Assembly (NCBI RefSeq): GCF_001194135.2
Contig: NC_068981.1
Location: forward strand, 29,626,279-29,690,152
DNA length: 63,874 nucleotides
DNA from: Octopus bimaculoides
Lineage: Eukaryota
Direction of reading: 5' to 3'
Below, piece after piece: positions 1-13,283 of this stretch; the first letter of the stretch is position 1, and every line of letters begins with the position of its first letter. The position numbers and the translations under genes are program-made. A model generated the notes under the pieces. That model saw only the letters and a program-made list of their open reading frames with translations. It was not told the origin of the DNA and did not search any database.

Positions 1-2459
1 TACTGTTTGGCAGCAAATTGGTAGAGTGGGAAGATCATCGAATAGAATACCTCACTATAAGTGTCCCGATCATTGAGCTTTAACTTCACATCCCAAGCAA
101 GTGAACTTTTTCTTTCAACGTTTCGGGATATTAAAAGCATAAGTACCATTTCAAAACACATTCGCCTTTTCATTGGCGAATGCGCAAAGGTTATTCAAAT
201 CTAAACTGAAAACCTGCCATATCTTACTTGTATAGTAGAAGTAATCAAGTCGGTGCCTTGACTTTCTCCCTCCCTTCCACTAATTTCCGGGTCCAAGACG
301 AAATTATTAACTCATGACAATATATTCATTTAGCTTGATATTCGAAAATACAAACCTAAACTGATTGCGTGTTATTAGACCCCGATCAAAAAAGCTTAGA
401 TTTCGCTGTACCTTCCAGATTAATAATGCTAAGATAATGATTCTTATTATATGTAAAATTACGTTCATAAATAATGTATAAGTATTGAAAAATCAACATA
501 GGGATTATAGCAACTTACTCAGAGAGGCCATCTGCAAGAGAATTAAGAGCCAACCGTTCATTTCGTCCCTTTAATACAAGTAAACGAGCAAGGAATCAAG
601 TAATCATCTAAGCAACCCGCCTACCAGCTTATCCAGCACACCTGCAGGCCAACCAGACATTTCCACCATACGTCCGTCCAGACAGCCATTCTATCAAGCA
701 GTCAATGAATTCGCACCTCTGCAACAGACACCTTTACACAATACAACCTTTTAATAATACCAATAATAATAATAGCAACAACAACAACAACAATGATAAT
801 AATAATAACAACAACAATAACAACAAGAATGATAATTTTAATAGATCACAACAACAAGCTGGATGTTGATCTAAATTAGGAAGCCATTGAATTAAAATCT
901 TCTCAACAACTTATTAAAATTCAAAAATTTGAAATTGAAACAAAAACGAACAAATCACATAAAGCCTAATATGTGTGTATATATTTATATATATATGCAA
1001 GTATGTATGCAGTTCTGTGTGTATATATGTGTATATATGCATATGTATATATATATATGTATATGTATGTATATATANNNNNNNNNNNNNNNNNNNNNNN
1101 NNNNNNNNNNNNNNNNNNNNNNNNNNNNNNNNNNNNNNNNNNNNNNNNNNNNNNNNNNNNNNNNNNNNNNNNNNNNNNNNNNNNNNNNNNNNNNNNNNNN
1201 NNNNNNNNNNNNNNNNNNNNNNNNNNNNNNNNNNNNNNNNNNNNNNNNNNNNNNNNNNNNNNNNNNNNNNNNNNNNNNNNNNNNNNNNNNNNNNNNNNNN
1301 NNNNNNNNNNNNNNNNNNNNNNNNNNNNNNNNNNNNNNNNNNNNNNNNNNNNNNNNNNNNNNNNNNNNNNNNNNNNNNNNNNNNNNNNNNNAAATATATA
1401 TGTGTATGTATGTGTGTGTATGTACGTGTGTGAGTGTATGTATGTAAATGTGCCTATGTATATGCATATATGCATATGTATGAATATGTATATTTGTACG
1501 TGTGTGTGCGTGTGTGTGTAAGTGCACCTGCTTATTCTATTTAATTTTCTCCCACAATCATTCTCTTCACTTCACACTGACACTCACGCACACATCTCAA
1601 TTGACACACGCTTGCATGTGTAAGTTCATACGCACAAGCAGTCATGAACCTCCACACCTTCACATACATACATACATACATACATACATACATACATACA
1701 TACATACATACATACATGCATGCATGTACAATTGTAGACGTATACACGAAGATCTTAACACGTAACCCCAACCAACCACCTTTTGTTCATACTGCATAAT
1801 TATTTGCAATATTATTCAAAACGAAATACAAACACTCAAATAAACAAATAACTAACCGTGTAAATACATAAATACATAAATGAATAAATGAATGAATGAA
1901 TAAATAAATAAATAAATAAATAAATAGAGGAAAGAAGGAAAGTGAAAGTAAAACACTAAACAGTAAAACATGTGCTAAGGTTAAGTCAATTTAGATAGAC
2001 AAAGATATTATGGTAATATTATTTGCTTTGCAATAATTTAACGACTTAATTTATCGATAAATCTACAATCCATATAGAATTTGAAATTTAGAACCAAATA
2101 CCATTCTTCTTTTCTTCTGCTCTTTTGCTCTTTTGCTGCTCTTTCTTCTCTTTCTTTCTTCCCTTCTTTTATATTTATCTGTTTTGGCGATGTTCTTTGC
2201 TTTCTTTCACTATTTCTTTTAGAGTTTCTCTCTCTCCAACCCCTCTCTCTCTCTCTCTCTCTGTCTCTCTCTTCGTATAAAATATGGAACGGATGCTTAC
2301 AAGATGTAGTTATAGTAATGGCGTAATTATAATTTGTATTTTTAATAAAAACATTTCCATCATCATAAGAGTCATCAGCATTATTATTGTTAACGCAACT
2401 AGTGTTGTTCCTTTTTGTTAATGTTGTTGTTGTCGCAGTGAAATTACTATTATTATCAT

Positions 2460-2498
2460 TATCATCTTCATCATTATTATTATTACTATTATTATTAC

Positions 2499-2561
<63 letters not shown>

Positions 2562-2609
2562 CGTTGTTACTTTTATTCAATGCCTCATGATATGGGTATT
2601 GGCATATCA

Positions 2610-2659
<50 letters not shown>

Positions 2660-2729
2660 CATTTTTTGTCATCATTAATATTTTTGCACTTGCTTGTACT
2701 GTCATTCATAAGATGACAACGAACACTAC

Positions 2730-2817
<88 letters not shown>

Positions 2818-2851
2818 ACTACTACTACTACTACTACTACTGCTGCTGCTG

Positions 2852-2912
<61 letters not shown>
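2460..2912. repeat. (ATT)n arrays followed by an alternating (ACT)n/(GCT)n compound microsatellite
   Basis: Read directly. Similar ACT/GCT switching occurs at 51300-51412 and 51552-51630. Confidence 0.95.
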
Positions 2913-2914
<2 letters not shown>

Positions 2915-3280
2915 TATTCCAGTTATTTCAGCGTATTTATTCATATATCCTCAGCCGAAGACATACAGAGAGCAAGATGAATTATGATCTTAATACTTTA
3001 TTAAGTTACAAGTATGTTAAATAGACTAACAAAAATATACCTGAGAAAAACAGTTCACAATGCTATTTCATTTGAAATTCGATTGGCTAAATCAGAAAGC
3101 CAAAGACAGTAACAATTATATGATAGGAACAACAATAGAAATTTGTTGTTTTTCCAGAACTTTGGCGTTTCCTATAATGGCAAAGTGTGCAATCCATGTT
3201 GTTCATACTGACCTGCACAACAATAGCGCACGTGAAGCATAACGGTTAGGTACTCTTGAATATAGTCATTTATGTTTTCA

Positions 3281-3680
3281 GAGTGGCTGTGTAGTAAGTA
3301 GCTTGCTTACCAACCACATGGTTCCGGGTTCAGTCCCACTGCGTGGCACTTTGGGCAAGTGTCTTCTACTATAGCCTCGGGCCGACCAAAGCCTTGTGAG
3401 TGGATTTGGTAGACGGAAACTGAAAGAAGACCGTCGTATATAAGTATATGTATGTATATATGTATGTGTGTTTGTGTGTCTGTGTTTGTACCCGCAACTT
3501 CACTTGACAACCGATGCTGGTGTGTTTATGTCCCCGTAACTTAATGGTTCGGCAAAACAGACCGATAGAATAAGTACTAGGCTTACAAAGAATAAGTCCT
3601 GGGGTCGATTTGCTCGACTAAAGGCGGTGCTCCATCATGGCCGCAGTCAAATGATTGAAACAAGTAAAAGAGTAAAAGAG
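3281..3680 (+). mobile_element. SINE family A, near full-length (tRNA-like head, internal TA/TG microsatellite, GAGTAAAA tail)
   Basis: Head GTGGCTGTGTAGTAAGTAGC with B-box-like GGTTCAGTCCC, internal (TA)n/(TG)n at about 3438-3485, 3' CAAGTAAAAGAGTAAAAGAG. The same sequence recurs at least 11 more times in the window. Confidence 0.9.
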
Positions 3681-5339
3681 CGTGTGGTTGCAGTATCCAT
3701 CATGACAACACCTGACAGAGAAAAAGATTCTTCCCTGCATTGCACAGCCAGAAAGTTCCCCCACTTACCAAATTGCAGCTAGTTCTTCTGGTTCCCTGCC
3801 AAGACTATGTTAACTTTTCACAATTCTCCTTCACATAATTTCTCAACTAAGATGGTTCTATAATTAGCATTCTCGTCGAGAATGCATTACATTTCCTGCC
3901 TACTTTTATTTCAAATTCTAAAATGCACAAGCTCTGCAAGACTAAATCACCCACCCCCACCGCACATAATTTTGCTTCTCCGCTCAACAAGTATCCCTAC
4001 CATATACGAATATATGTGAAGTAAGAGAATAGCTCGGATCACCTGGACATGAGACGACCACAGGAAGCATTATTACCACAGTCCGTGTTACTCACCACTC
4101 AGACAAATGAAGAACATGCAAGAGCACTAATAATACAGACCTACTAAGATGCCATTTCAGTCACCGTTTATCCAAGACTACATTATCAAATTCACACTTT
4201 CTGTCTTTAAGGTAATAGAATTTAAATGGAGTTGGATTTCCCTGCTACTTCTGGGATGTTGACTAAATACATGGATACATCGAAGTACGAGTTGTTGCTA
4301 TGGGTATTGTTTAGTCCCCCGTCAGTCACACCTATTGAAGCTGACTCTTCATGCAAGATTTACAAATAAGCTGACCTATGGTGAAAGGAAAATATATGAT
4401 GAGAGAAAGAAAAGTTGTGTAAACAGCTACCCTTCACACACTTCAGACGATTTACCTTAGACTACATTATATAATGTCTTTCATGTATCGAAGACAAGGT
4501 GTATAGTGAGGAAGATTTGAAGATGTTTAAGATTAAGGTTCCCTATAGAGGCCCTCAAACTGGGTCGAATTACGTATTACCGCCATGCGGTGGATAAGAG
4601 GGACCACTTCCCGCTACAAAAGCGATTCTATCCTACTGGTAACTTAAACTTCTCTAGGAAGAGCTGTTCGTTTTCAGATCAGCATTTCGACATCTGCATT
4701 CCTCTTGCTCTTAACATAATAAAAATGTTGCACAATGATGAGCGGCACCTCGTACAAGGAGAGGCGCTAGTTATTGCAGTCCGTTTGCGTAATGTCTAGC
4801 GACTTCAACTTCGGAATCTATTGATAGTATTTGTTGTGATTGAGAATTCATATCAGCTTATTGCGATATATTGAATTCTGTTTGTCTTGCTTGCGAATCA
4901 CTAAGATAATGAAGTAGATTTTTGCTGGCTTCAGCTTTTGAAGTAGAGCATATTTGCGTTTACATACCTGTAAGTATTTTCATGGTGAGTCCTGTACAAT
5001 TCCTCTCAAAAATTTACTAATTCAGGTATTTTCTGTTTTTGGTTCAGTTAAAGATATACACATGAGGTTGTAGTGAGAAATTATTGGCTTGCTCTTATAT
5101 CCGGAAGCTCAATTTGTTGATCATACTTTGTCCAAGAGGAGACACATTCAAATAACTTTTTTCAGTAGATGATAAATGCGAAAAGGATATTCTTTATACT
5201 AAAAATCTTGATACTTGCGTGAAAGGAGGAAAATTTCGGAATTGATTATTTCCCCTTAACTACCCAGTGATATTTTCTCGATTCTTCTCTTTTGTAGCAA
5301 GATTTCAATGCAACTACCATATTGTTTCAATATTCTTCT

Positions 5340-5503
5340 TTTCGTTTGTCTTTACGTTCTGAGTTCAAATTCCACCGAGGTCAACTTTGCCTTTCATCCT
5401 TTCGGGGTCGATAAATTAATTACCAGTTGCGTACTGGGGTCGATCTAATCGACTCGCCCCCTCCCCCCAACATTTTGGGCCTTTTGCATATAGTAGAAAA
5501 AAG
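5340..5503 (+). mobile_element. SINE family B, 5'-truncated
   Basis: GAGTTCAAATTCC B-box, central CATCCTTTCGGGGTCGATAAATT domain and AGTAGAAAA tail, matching about 15 other copies in the window. Confidence 0.85.
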
Positions 5504-5648
5504 ACTGCATCCATATGAATGCATCCATGTGCATCCAGACTGCATCCAAATGAACGAGAGGGTACTGAGCCCTCTGTATTGTTTCAACTCCTCATCATGA
5601 GGCTTAAATGTGTTTCTAAGCCTCATGATACATAAAAACAGATAGTCA

Positions 5649-5662
5649 GACAGACAGAAAGG

Positions 5663-5741
<79 letters not shown>

Positions 5742-5745
5742 ATAA

Positions 5746-5805
<60 letters not shown>
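5649..5805. repeat. (GATA)n microsatellite
   Basis: Long, nearly pure AGAT run read directly. Confidence 0.97.
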
Positions 5806-6554
5806 GTAAGTAATTATTTCAGTCTTGGGTACAGTAGTAAACCCATGAAACACGTTCACCATATGGCTACTTGACATCATCCACGGCGTTTGCACAATTG
5901 TCGCTGGATCTACCTCAGGAATCCCTCGGTGTTCGTTGAGTACATAACATATGAAAGAGACGGAAAATAGAATATACGAGAAAATTGATTATTGAACCAA
6001 TCGCCGTGAGCAATAAAGTTTCTCGTATATTCCATTTTCCGTCTCTATCGTGTGTTGTGTTTTTTGTGTGTGTGTGTGTGTGTGGTGTGTGTGTGTAGAG
6101 AGAGAGTGTGTGTGTGTCTGTGTGTCTCTGTGCAAGTGTGAATTCATTATTAGCCACGGAATCGGTCTTTGTAACGAATATTAATTTACACAAGCTACTT
6201 AACTTGGATGTGCTGTTTTAAAAGGCATGAACTGTAACGTTACCTCTAAAAAATGTCTTGTATAGACTTTTAGTGCTAAATAGCACAGATTATATCGGCG
6301 AACGAAATTTTGTTAGCACCAAGGGATGGGACCTTTGTATCACATGATTTCGAGGCAGTTTTTGTTGCGTCAGTGAGAGACACCCAACCAAAGGTTGCTA
6401 GGCCGAAATCTCATCAAACTAAAATAGTTTGACACTAACTAAACAGTCAGCGATGTTGCAAAAGGCTGAGGTCTGAGCATAAATTCTTGGTGGAAACAAT
6501 CTTCCTAACAAATATTAGTTTGCAGCGTTGAACAATATCGGTTTGACGAGAATT

Positions 6555-6966
6555 CAAGCTGGCATTCCATGATTGGGGGTCGTTACTGAGGAGAGAATAA
6601 TCAAGCTGAAATCACGTGATACAACATATAAATGGCTGAGCACTACTTCGGTTACGATAACGAGTGTTCTTTTTGATTTGATCAACGGAACTGCCTGCTC
6701 TTGAAATTTACGCGTAAGTGGCTGAGTTCTCCACAAACATGCGAACCCCTATCGTAGTTCTCAGGGAGATTCAGCGTCACAAACCGAACGTGATAAGAGT
6801 GGTTCTTTTAAATTACGGGTACAATTCAGTTTTGGCAACTGAGTGCGCTGGAGCAAGGTGAAGTAAAAAGCATCTGGCTCAAAGACACACTGTGCCGCCG
6901 GTAATCGAACTCACGACCCTACTCTCATGGGCCGCATCCACTAATCACTAAGCCACGTGCCTTCAC
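6555..6966 (-). mobile_element. SINE family E, degenerate (tRNA-like head, 3' module shared with family C)
   Basis: On the minus strand it starts GAAGGCACGTGGCTTAGTGATTAG with GAGTTCGATTACC. It shares the CAACGGAACTGCCTGCTC...GTGGCTGAG...CGTAGTTCTCAGGGAGATTCAGCGT block with the family C copies. Confidence 0.7.
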
Positions 6967-7439
6967 ACACACATATGCACACACGTACCCAACCACACAT
7001 AGACACACATATGTACATATAAACTGCTGGGTTTGTACATAAATTAGTATATGAGTGCGTGTGTGTGTGTGTATGTGCGTGTGTGAGTGTGTGTATGCAT
7101 TTGTATCTTTGGTGTGTTTTCGATGCCTTATTTGTTCGTTTCCTTGTGCTTAAGCTTATAAGTATCGAGTGTATGTATGTGCGTATGTATGTATGCATGT
7201 ACGTATGTTCTCATGTGCGTATGTATACACAAGCAAACGCGGCAAGTGTTGAGTCATGATGGCCACGTTTTTTCCATCTTCTAAAGGATATTTAACCGAT
7301 TTTATTAGCTGTCTTAAAAGTGATCCTGCATTCGAGAACTCCTTTAATTTCTGTCGAATATATATAACACGGTATCGACCAGACTCGGATGTTGTTATAC
7401 ATCGCTGATTACAATGCGACTTGCATCGATTTAGCTTTC

Positions 7440-7638
7440 GCATGCTGCCATTTCGCTGGCTAGGTGGAAAGGCCAGCATTAACCCTGATTAGAAAGTTAT
7501 TCTGACGCAGGGTTATAGCTAAGTAGATAGAAGTGATGTAAAATGAAGGATTTTCGTGAAGAACACACCACGCCCCGATCCTGGAGTCGAACCTACGATC
7601 TGGCGACCGTGAGTGCAAAGCCCTGATCATGAGGCCAT

Positions 7639-7640
<2 letters not shown>
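7440..7640 (-). mobile_element. Degenerate family E-like SINE fragment
   Basis: GGAGTCGAACCTACGATC (reverse B-box region) and GAAGAACACACCACGCC resemble the 6555-6966 copy. Confidence 0.45.
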
Positions 7641-7676
<36 letters not shown>

Positions 7677-8644
7677 TATTTGAATACATGGGAATTGAAA
7701 ACCTTTTAGCAGTTAATCCAGCGAGATGTTACGCTGGCATTAAAAAGGATCCTTTCAGATTTTGCGGTACTTAATTAAGGACCACCTAAAGTACACAAAA
7801 GTTCCCTAACTTTTCATCATTTAATTTTTATATTCAATCTTTTACCCCTATTGACAGGAAGTGGTATGTGAAATCAGAACCTACAGAACTATGCAAGGAT
7901 GATAAAGTGCCTCATCAGGGTATCTCACATTCTTAGAAATCACAGCCTTTGAAGATTATTTCATTTATTTGTCCTGAAAGAACAAAACACCAAATTGACA
8001 AAGGAATGATTTGAACTCAGAATGCAGAGAACAACAACATCTAATACACAGCATTCTCTCTGAAGCTCCTACGAATCTGACAGACAGACAGACAGNNNNN
8101 NNNNNNNNNNNNNNNNNNNNNNNNNNNNNNNNNNNNNNNNNNNNNNNNNNNNNNNNNNNNNNNNNNNNNNNNNNNNNNNNNNNNNNNNNNNNNNNNNNNN
8201 NNNNNNNNNNNNNNNNNATATATATACAGAGAGAGAGGGAGAAAGAGAGTGAGGGGGAGAGATTACACTTCATCCCGTTCGGTTCATTCCTTTGTTATTT
8301 CGTGGGGTTGCTTTCGTTGCGGCCTTTTCGTCAGTACAGTGTCTTTGAAACTCGACGCCGTCCTAATGAGTGTTACGAGTTCTTTGGAGATAAAGATCAA
8401 GACTATAAGGTGAGATTTTAGACAAGAAAACGCTGAGCACTTCCCGTCACGTCCTTTTGATATATATCTGCTTGTATGTATATACGTACGCACGTACGTA
8501 TGCATGCATATATGTATGTATGTATATATGTACACACAAGCACACACATGCAGACTTACATACATAAATGCACACATCCAACTCATATATTTATAATGCA
8601 TGATGTGAAGGGTATGCGGGTATGGGTGTCTATGCGTCATTTAA

Positions 8645-8679
<35 letters not shown>

Positions 8680-8689
8680 NNNNNNNNNN

Positions 8690-8727
<38 letters not shown>

Positions 8728-8994
8728 CATGATTTAACGACCACTTCCACACTGTTTCCCTCTTGCTCGCTCTCTCCTTCTCTCTCTCTCTCGCTCTATC
8801 TACCTATCTGTCTATTTATCTATCTGTCTATCAATCTCTCAACCTATATATGATACGTGAATGTGTGCGTGTGTATACATTCATAAATTTACGTTTATAG
8901 TTTAGTATTGACATACATCCATACTCACGCGTATATGTGTGAATATATATATATATATGCATATAAGCATATATATATATATATATGCATATAA

Positions 8995-9029
<35 letters not shown>

Positions 9030-9247
9030 CATATATATATTATATATACATAGACAGACATAGATAGACAGGTACATACATACATAGAAGGCCGCATACA
9101 CACACGTACACACACACAAACACACACACACACACACATATATATATCTATAGCTATTTATCCGTCTATCTATCTATCTATATAGATATATAGATATATA
9201 TATATATATGCGTGTGTGTGTGTGTGTGTGTGTGTTTGTGTGTGTAT

Positions 9248-9283
<36 letters not shown>

Positions 9284-9410
9284 CCGTGTGTATGCGTGTC
9301 TATGTATGAAAAAGAGGAAGTCCGTGTGNNNNNNNNNNTATATGAGTGCATGGTGTACATATATTGCACAAGGCTACGGGAACGAATGTTTAGCACCGAG
9401 TGTTAAGCAA

Positions 9411-9465
<55 letters not shown>

Positions 9466-10041
9466 TAACTGTCTGTCTGTCTATCAATGTATCTGTGTGA
9501 TGACGTGGGGGATTGTCTGTGCGTGAAAAACATAAAAGGCACAAAATTACGATGGTGCGATCATATATGTCTGATAGTTATCTAACCGCTTCTGATGAAG
9601 TTTTATTTCCTTTCGTTTCGTTTAATATTTATCGTTTATGTTTCTTATCTTTTATTCCTGTTCTTTTCTTTTCACCTCTCGTTGTCTTCATTTTTAGCTT
9701 TCGGCACTTTTTCTTTTACCTTTTTCTTTACGCTTTTTTTTTTGTTGCTGTCGCTATTTTGCTTTTTAACACTTATGGAGGTATGCTGCTGTTTGTTTAT
9801 CTTCTTTTTGTTCAACACTATGCAAAAATAAAAACGTGAACCTGCCTACACGTACGTTGGATAATGAAGGCAGGTAAGGTGAAGTTCTTTTTTGATTTTC
9901 TTCTCTATGGTTTTTACCTGTCTGTAGTGTTAAACTTGTTTTGAATATGAAAATACAAAAAAATTATAGTCATGAACTTTGACATCTTGCATTTACGATA
10001 TATTTCCCATAACTTAGTTTATAACAATAAACTATATGTAA

Positions 10042-10473
10042 CCTTTTCTACTCTTGGCACAAGGCCGAAATTTTGGGGGAGTAGGGCCAGGCGATTAGAT
10101 CGACCCCAGTACGCAACTGGTACTTAATTTATCGACCCTGAAAGGATGAAAGGTAAAGTCAACCGCGGCGGAATTTGAACTCAGAAATTAAAGACAGACA
10201 AAATACTGTTAAACATTGCATCCGGCGTGCTAACGTTTCTTATTTCTTTATTGCCCACAAGGGGCTAAACATAGAGGGGACAAACAAGGACAGACAAAGA
10301 GATTAAGTCGATTACATCGACCCCAGTGCGTAACTAGTATTTAATCTATCGACCCTGAAAGGATGAAAGGCAAAGTCGACCACGGCGGAATTTGAACTCA
10401 GAAAGTAACGGCAGGCGAAATACCTCTAAGCATTTCGCCTGGCGTGCTAACGTTTCTGGCAGCTCGCCGCCTT
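10042..10473 (-). mobile_element. SINE family B head-to-tail dimer
   Basis: Two successive copies of CGATTA(G/C)ATCGACCCCAGT...GGAATTTGAACTCAGAA...GGCGTGCTAACGTTTCT, with the junction at about 10240. Confidence 0.85.
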
Positions 10474-12497
10474 AATAACCTATATATAATACATGCTAGT
10501 AGCTGTACCAGGCCTTGCCGAGGTCTATTGAAAATACCAGAAATATTCACTTATCCGTTTGACCTTTCCATTCAAAATATCTCCCCTATGCACCATCTCA
10601 ACATCTCAGGGGCCAAAGTGTACGACTGTGGCCGACAACTTGGAACATCTGTACAAACAATCATTTTTATAAAATAGGATTCCCTCGTTTAGTATTGATA
10701 TTATGCTTGCATCTGAGAACACCTTTTCCATTTCGCAGGCCTTGAAGGACAAACGAGCAATCTAACTGCAGTTGAAGAAGGCGGAGATCTGGTAGAATCG
10801 TTGGCACGCAAACAAAATGCTTTCTTAGCAACATGCTTTCCGGTCCTTTATATTCTAAGTTCAAATTCTACCAAGGTCAATTTTCATTCGATTAGGTAGC
10901 AGTTAAGTACTGGGTTGAGGCAATCGACTCTCACCCTCCCCTCAAAACTTGCTCGCCTTAAAAGCTGCAGCTGACAGAGCAGCCCCTTTCAGGGAATGTC
11001 TTGATTTCTGTCTTTTGTACGCTATACAAGCCGGTTAACCGACTTTATCAGTCCAATGTTCGAGAAAGTCTGCAGCTGAACAAATTTTCACAAGGCGGAT
11101 GAAGATCCCAGTTTCATGGCTAATCTCTAACAATGATGACTTATCAACATTTCAAGATGATCGCTTATTTTGAAAACAATAGTCGGTGATGAAAGGTGGA
11201 GAAATGAGTGAATGGTAGGGTCTGAATGGAGCTGAAACGAAGCTAAGCAGTTCCGAGGATCGGTTAAGGGTACAATCCATTAAATTCGACCTGGGTACTT
11301 AATCGGTACTTTTCATTCAGACTAAATCTTATTGCAAGATAATTTCCTTTTTGTTAGCTCTGAAATATAGGGGCGTCTGCCAACGGTTTTCTTAGATCCT
11401 CTGAGATTGGTGAGATCGATGTGGTTTATTTTCTTCAGAGTCAGTTGGACGTTAACGGTTACAGGAAAAAAAACTTAGACAGGAATGAGAAGGTATTCAG
11501 AGAAGTGATGTTTTGGGGGAAGGATGTGCGAAGCATGAAAAGGAAAAAGTAGACACAATGTGTGTAATGAGAGGCGGGTAGAAATGCAAATGGCTAAGGC
11601 TTGGTTAGAGGTGACATGTGGTCAGTCATTTCCGAGGGCAGTCTTCAACAGTAACGGTAGACGAAGGAAGAGAAAAGATAACATAAATGTTAACTAAAAA
11701 TTGTTGTATTATAAAAAAAAAAACTTTATGCAAATCAGTGTGATACTGAGAATCGGGGAATGTGGTCAAGGATGTTTGTATTTGTATAAACAGCACCGTC
11801 CCCAGTCGTATATAAAAGCCTGTGAGATATGAACTCAAAAGGGAAAAGGATGTAACCAGAGGTTGCATGATATTTGCCCGCCGCTTAGGTGTTTCTTCAT
11901 CCAGTATTCGAATAATTCCTAATAATTCTTTCTAATTTTGGCACACGGCCAGAAATTTTGAGATGGGAGGACCGGTCGAGTACACCGAGCCTTGTCTCCG
12001 AATGATCCTTTTTTTTGTTTTTGACCCCGAAAAGATGAAAAGATCAAAAGTTGACCTCGGCCGTATTCGAACTCAGAATAAAAGTGCAGACTCATATTTT
12101 ATTGTGGCTGCAATCAATAAAAAAAAATGTAACTAGTGGGGTACCGGTGCTTATTTTATCGACAGGTAAAGATGGTCTCATGGAGGTAAAGATGGTCTCA
12201 TGGAGATTTGAAACCAGAACTGAAAGACATGCAACTAAACACCAGTATGTATTTTCCTCTGACATTCTTGCATAATCAGCAATTTAGTTAGGAAAGTACA
12301 ATCGATTTTGTCATATATCTGGTAACTTATTTTAATCGACTCCAGGTGAATGAAAAGCAATAACGTCGTGTAAAAAGAAATAATGCATAGAATTTTCTCG
12401 ACACTGCAATGATTTGTCAAACACAATTTTTGAATAAATTATATTTTATTTACATTATTTACATTTTTTGCATTCATAATTCACTCCATAATTGCCT

Positions 12498-12785
12498 ACA
12501 GGCATATGGCGTAGAGGTTAAGAGCGCGGGCTACTAACCCCAAGATTCCGAGTTCGATTCCAAGCAGTGACCTGAACAACAATAGTAATAATAACATCGA
12601 AAAATAACTTAGGAATGAGAACCCAGGTTCGAATTTCCTCAAGACTCCTGAAGAAGGCTGGAGGGTATATCTGCCAAAACGTTGTGTTAACAACAAACAA
12701 GATGAGGACAAATATCCTTCAAATGTAAATAATGTAAATAAAGTAAATAATGTACAGAATTCCTCATCTCTTAAATATAGAACAA
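12498..12785 (+). mobile_element. tRNA-headed non-autonomous retroelement with a Penelope-type 3' region
   Basis: A-box TGGCGTAGAGG at 12507-12517 and B-box GTTCGATTCC at 12552-12561, then an (AAT)-like linker, a hammerhead-like motif and AATGTAAAT tandem units at about 12721-12752. Confidence 0.7.
12643..12688 (+). ncRNA. Degenerate minimal type I hammerhead ribozyme motif
   Basis: GACTC-CTGAAGA-A-GGCTG(GAGGGTATAT)CTGCC-AAAA-CGTT-GTGTT. CUGANGA is intact, stems II and I each have one mismatch, GAAA is mutated to AAAA, and stem III is the palindrome AACGTT. Confidence 0.55.
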
Positions 12786-12934
12786 TATATATTTTCATTT
12801 TTTCTCCATTATCTCTCTATATAATTCGGCGATAGCTTTACGTTTTCTTTAACAACCTTGCAAATATATACACATAAAAATATACATACAAAAGCGTGCA
12901 CACATACGCACATATAAGACTCTACACAGATATA

Positions 12935-13137
12935 CAGGGTGCGGCAGAAATACCTCCCACATGTTTTACTTTCACCTATGTGTTGCTAATGAACTTATAC
13001 AAGTGCCAATGATTTAGCTAATGAACAAAAACTGCAACCATTTGTTTAAACAACAGTAAAATTAATCTTTCAAAAATGTTGTTTCTTTTTGCTTTTGTCA
13101 CCCTTTCAAATGTGGGAGGTATTTCTGCCACACCCTG
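12935..13137. mobile_element. Tc1/mariner-type MITE, 203 bp
   Basis: 28-bp TIRs CAGGGTG(C/T)GGCAGAAATACCTCCCACAT with 1 mismatch, flanked by TA on both sides, no coding capacity. Confidence 0.9.
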
Positions 13138-13165
13138 TATATGTATATTTACAAACACGCGCGTG

Positions 13166-13212
<47 letters not shown>

Positions 13213-13238
13213 ATTCTGCGTGTGTGAGGGAGAGAAAC

Positions 13239-13283
<45 letters not shown>

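Noticed and set aside
5555-5629. Small hairpins (AGAGGG/CCCTCT; 13-bp ATCATGAGGCTTA stem) and TGCATCCA repeats
   Set aside because: They are short, carry no catalytic or family motif, and are compatible with local duplication noise.
10739-10791. Apparent exon GLEGQTSNLTAVEEGGDL with a good acceptor
   Set aside because: The 3' third and the donor lie within the head of a degenerate family B SINE (AAGGCGGAGATCTGGTAGAATCGTT).
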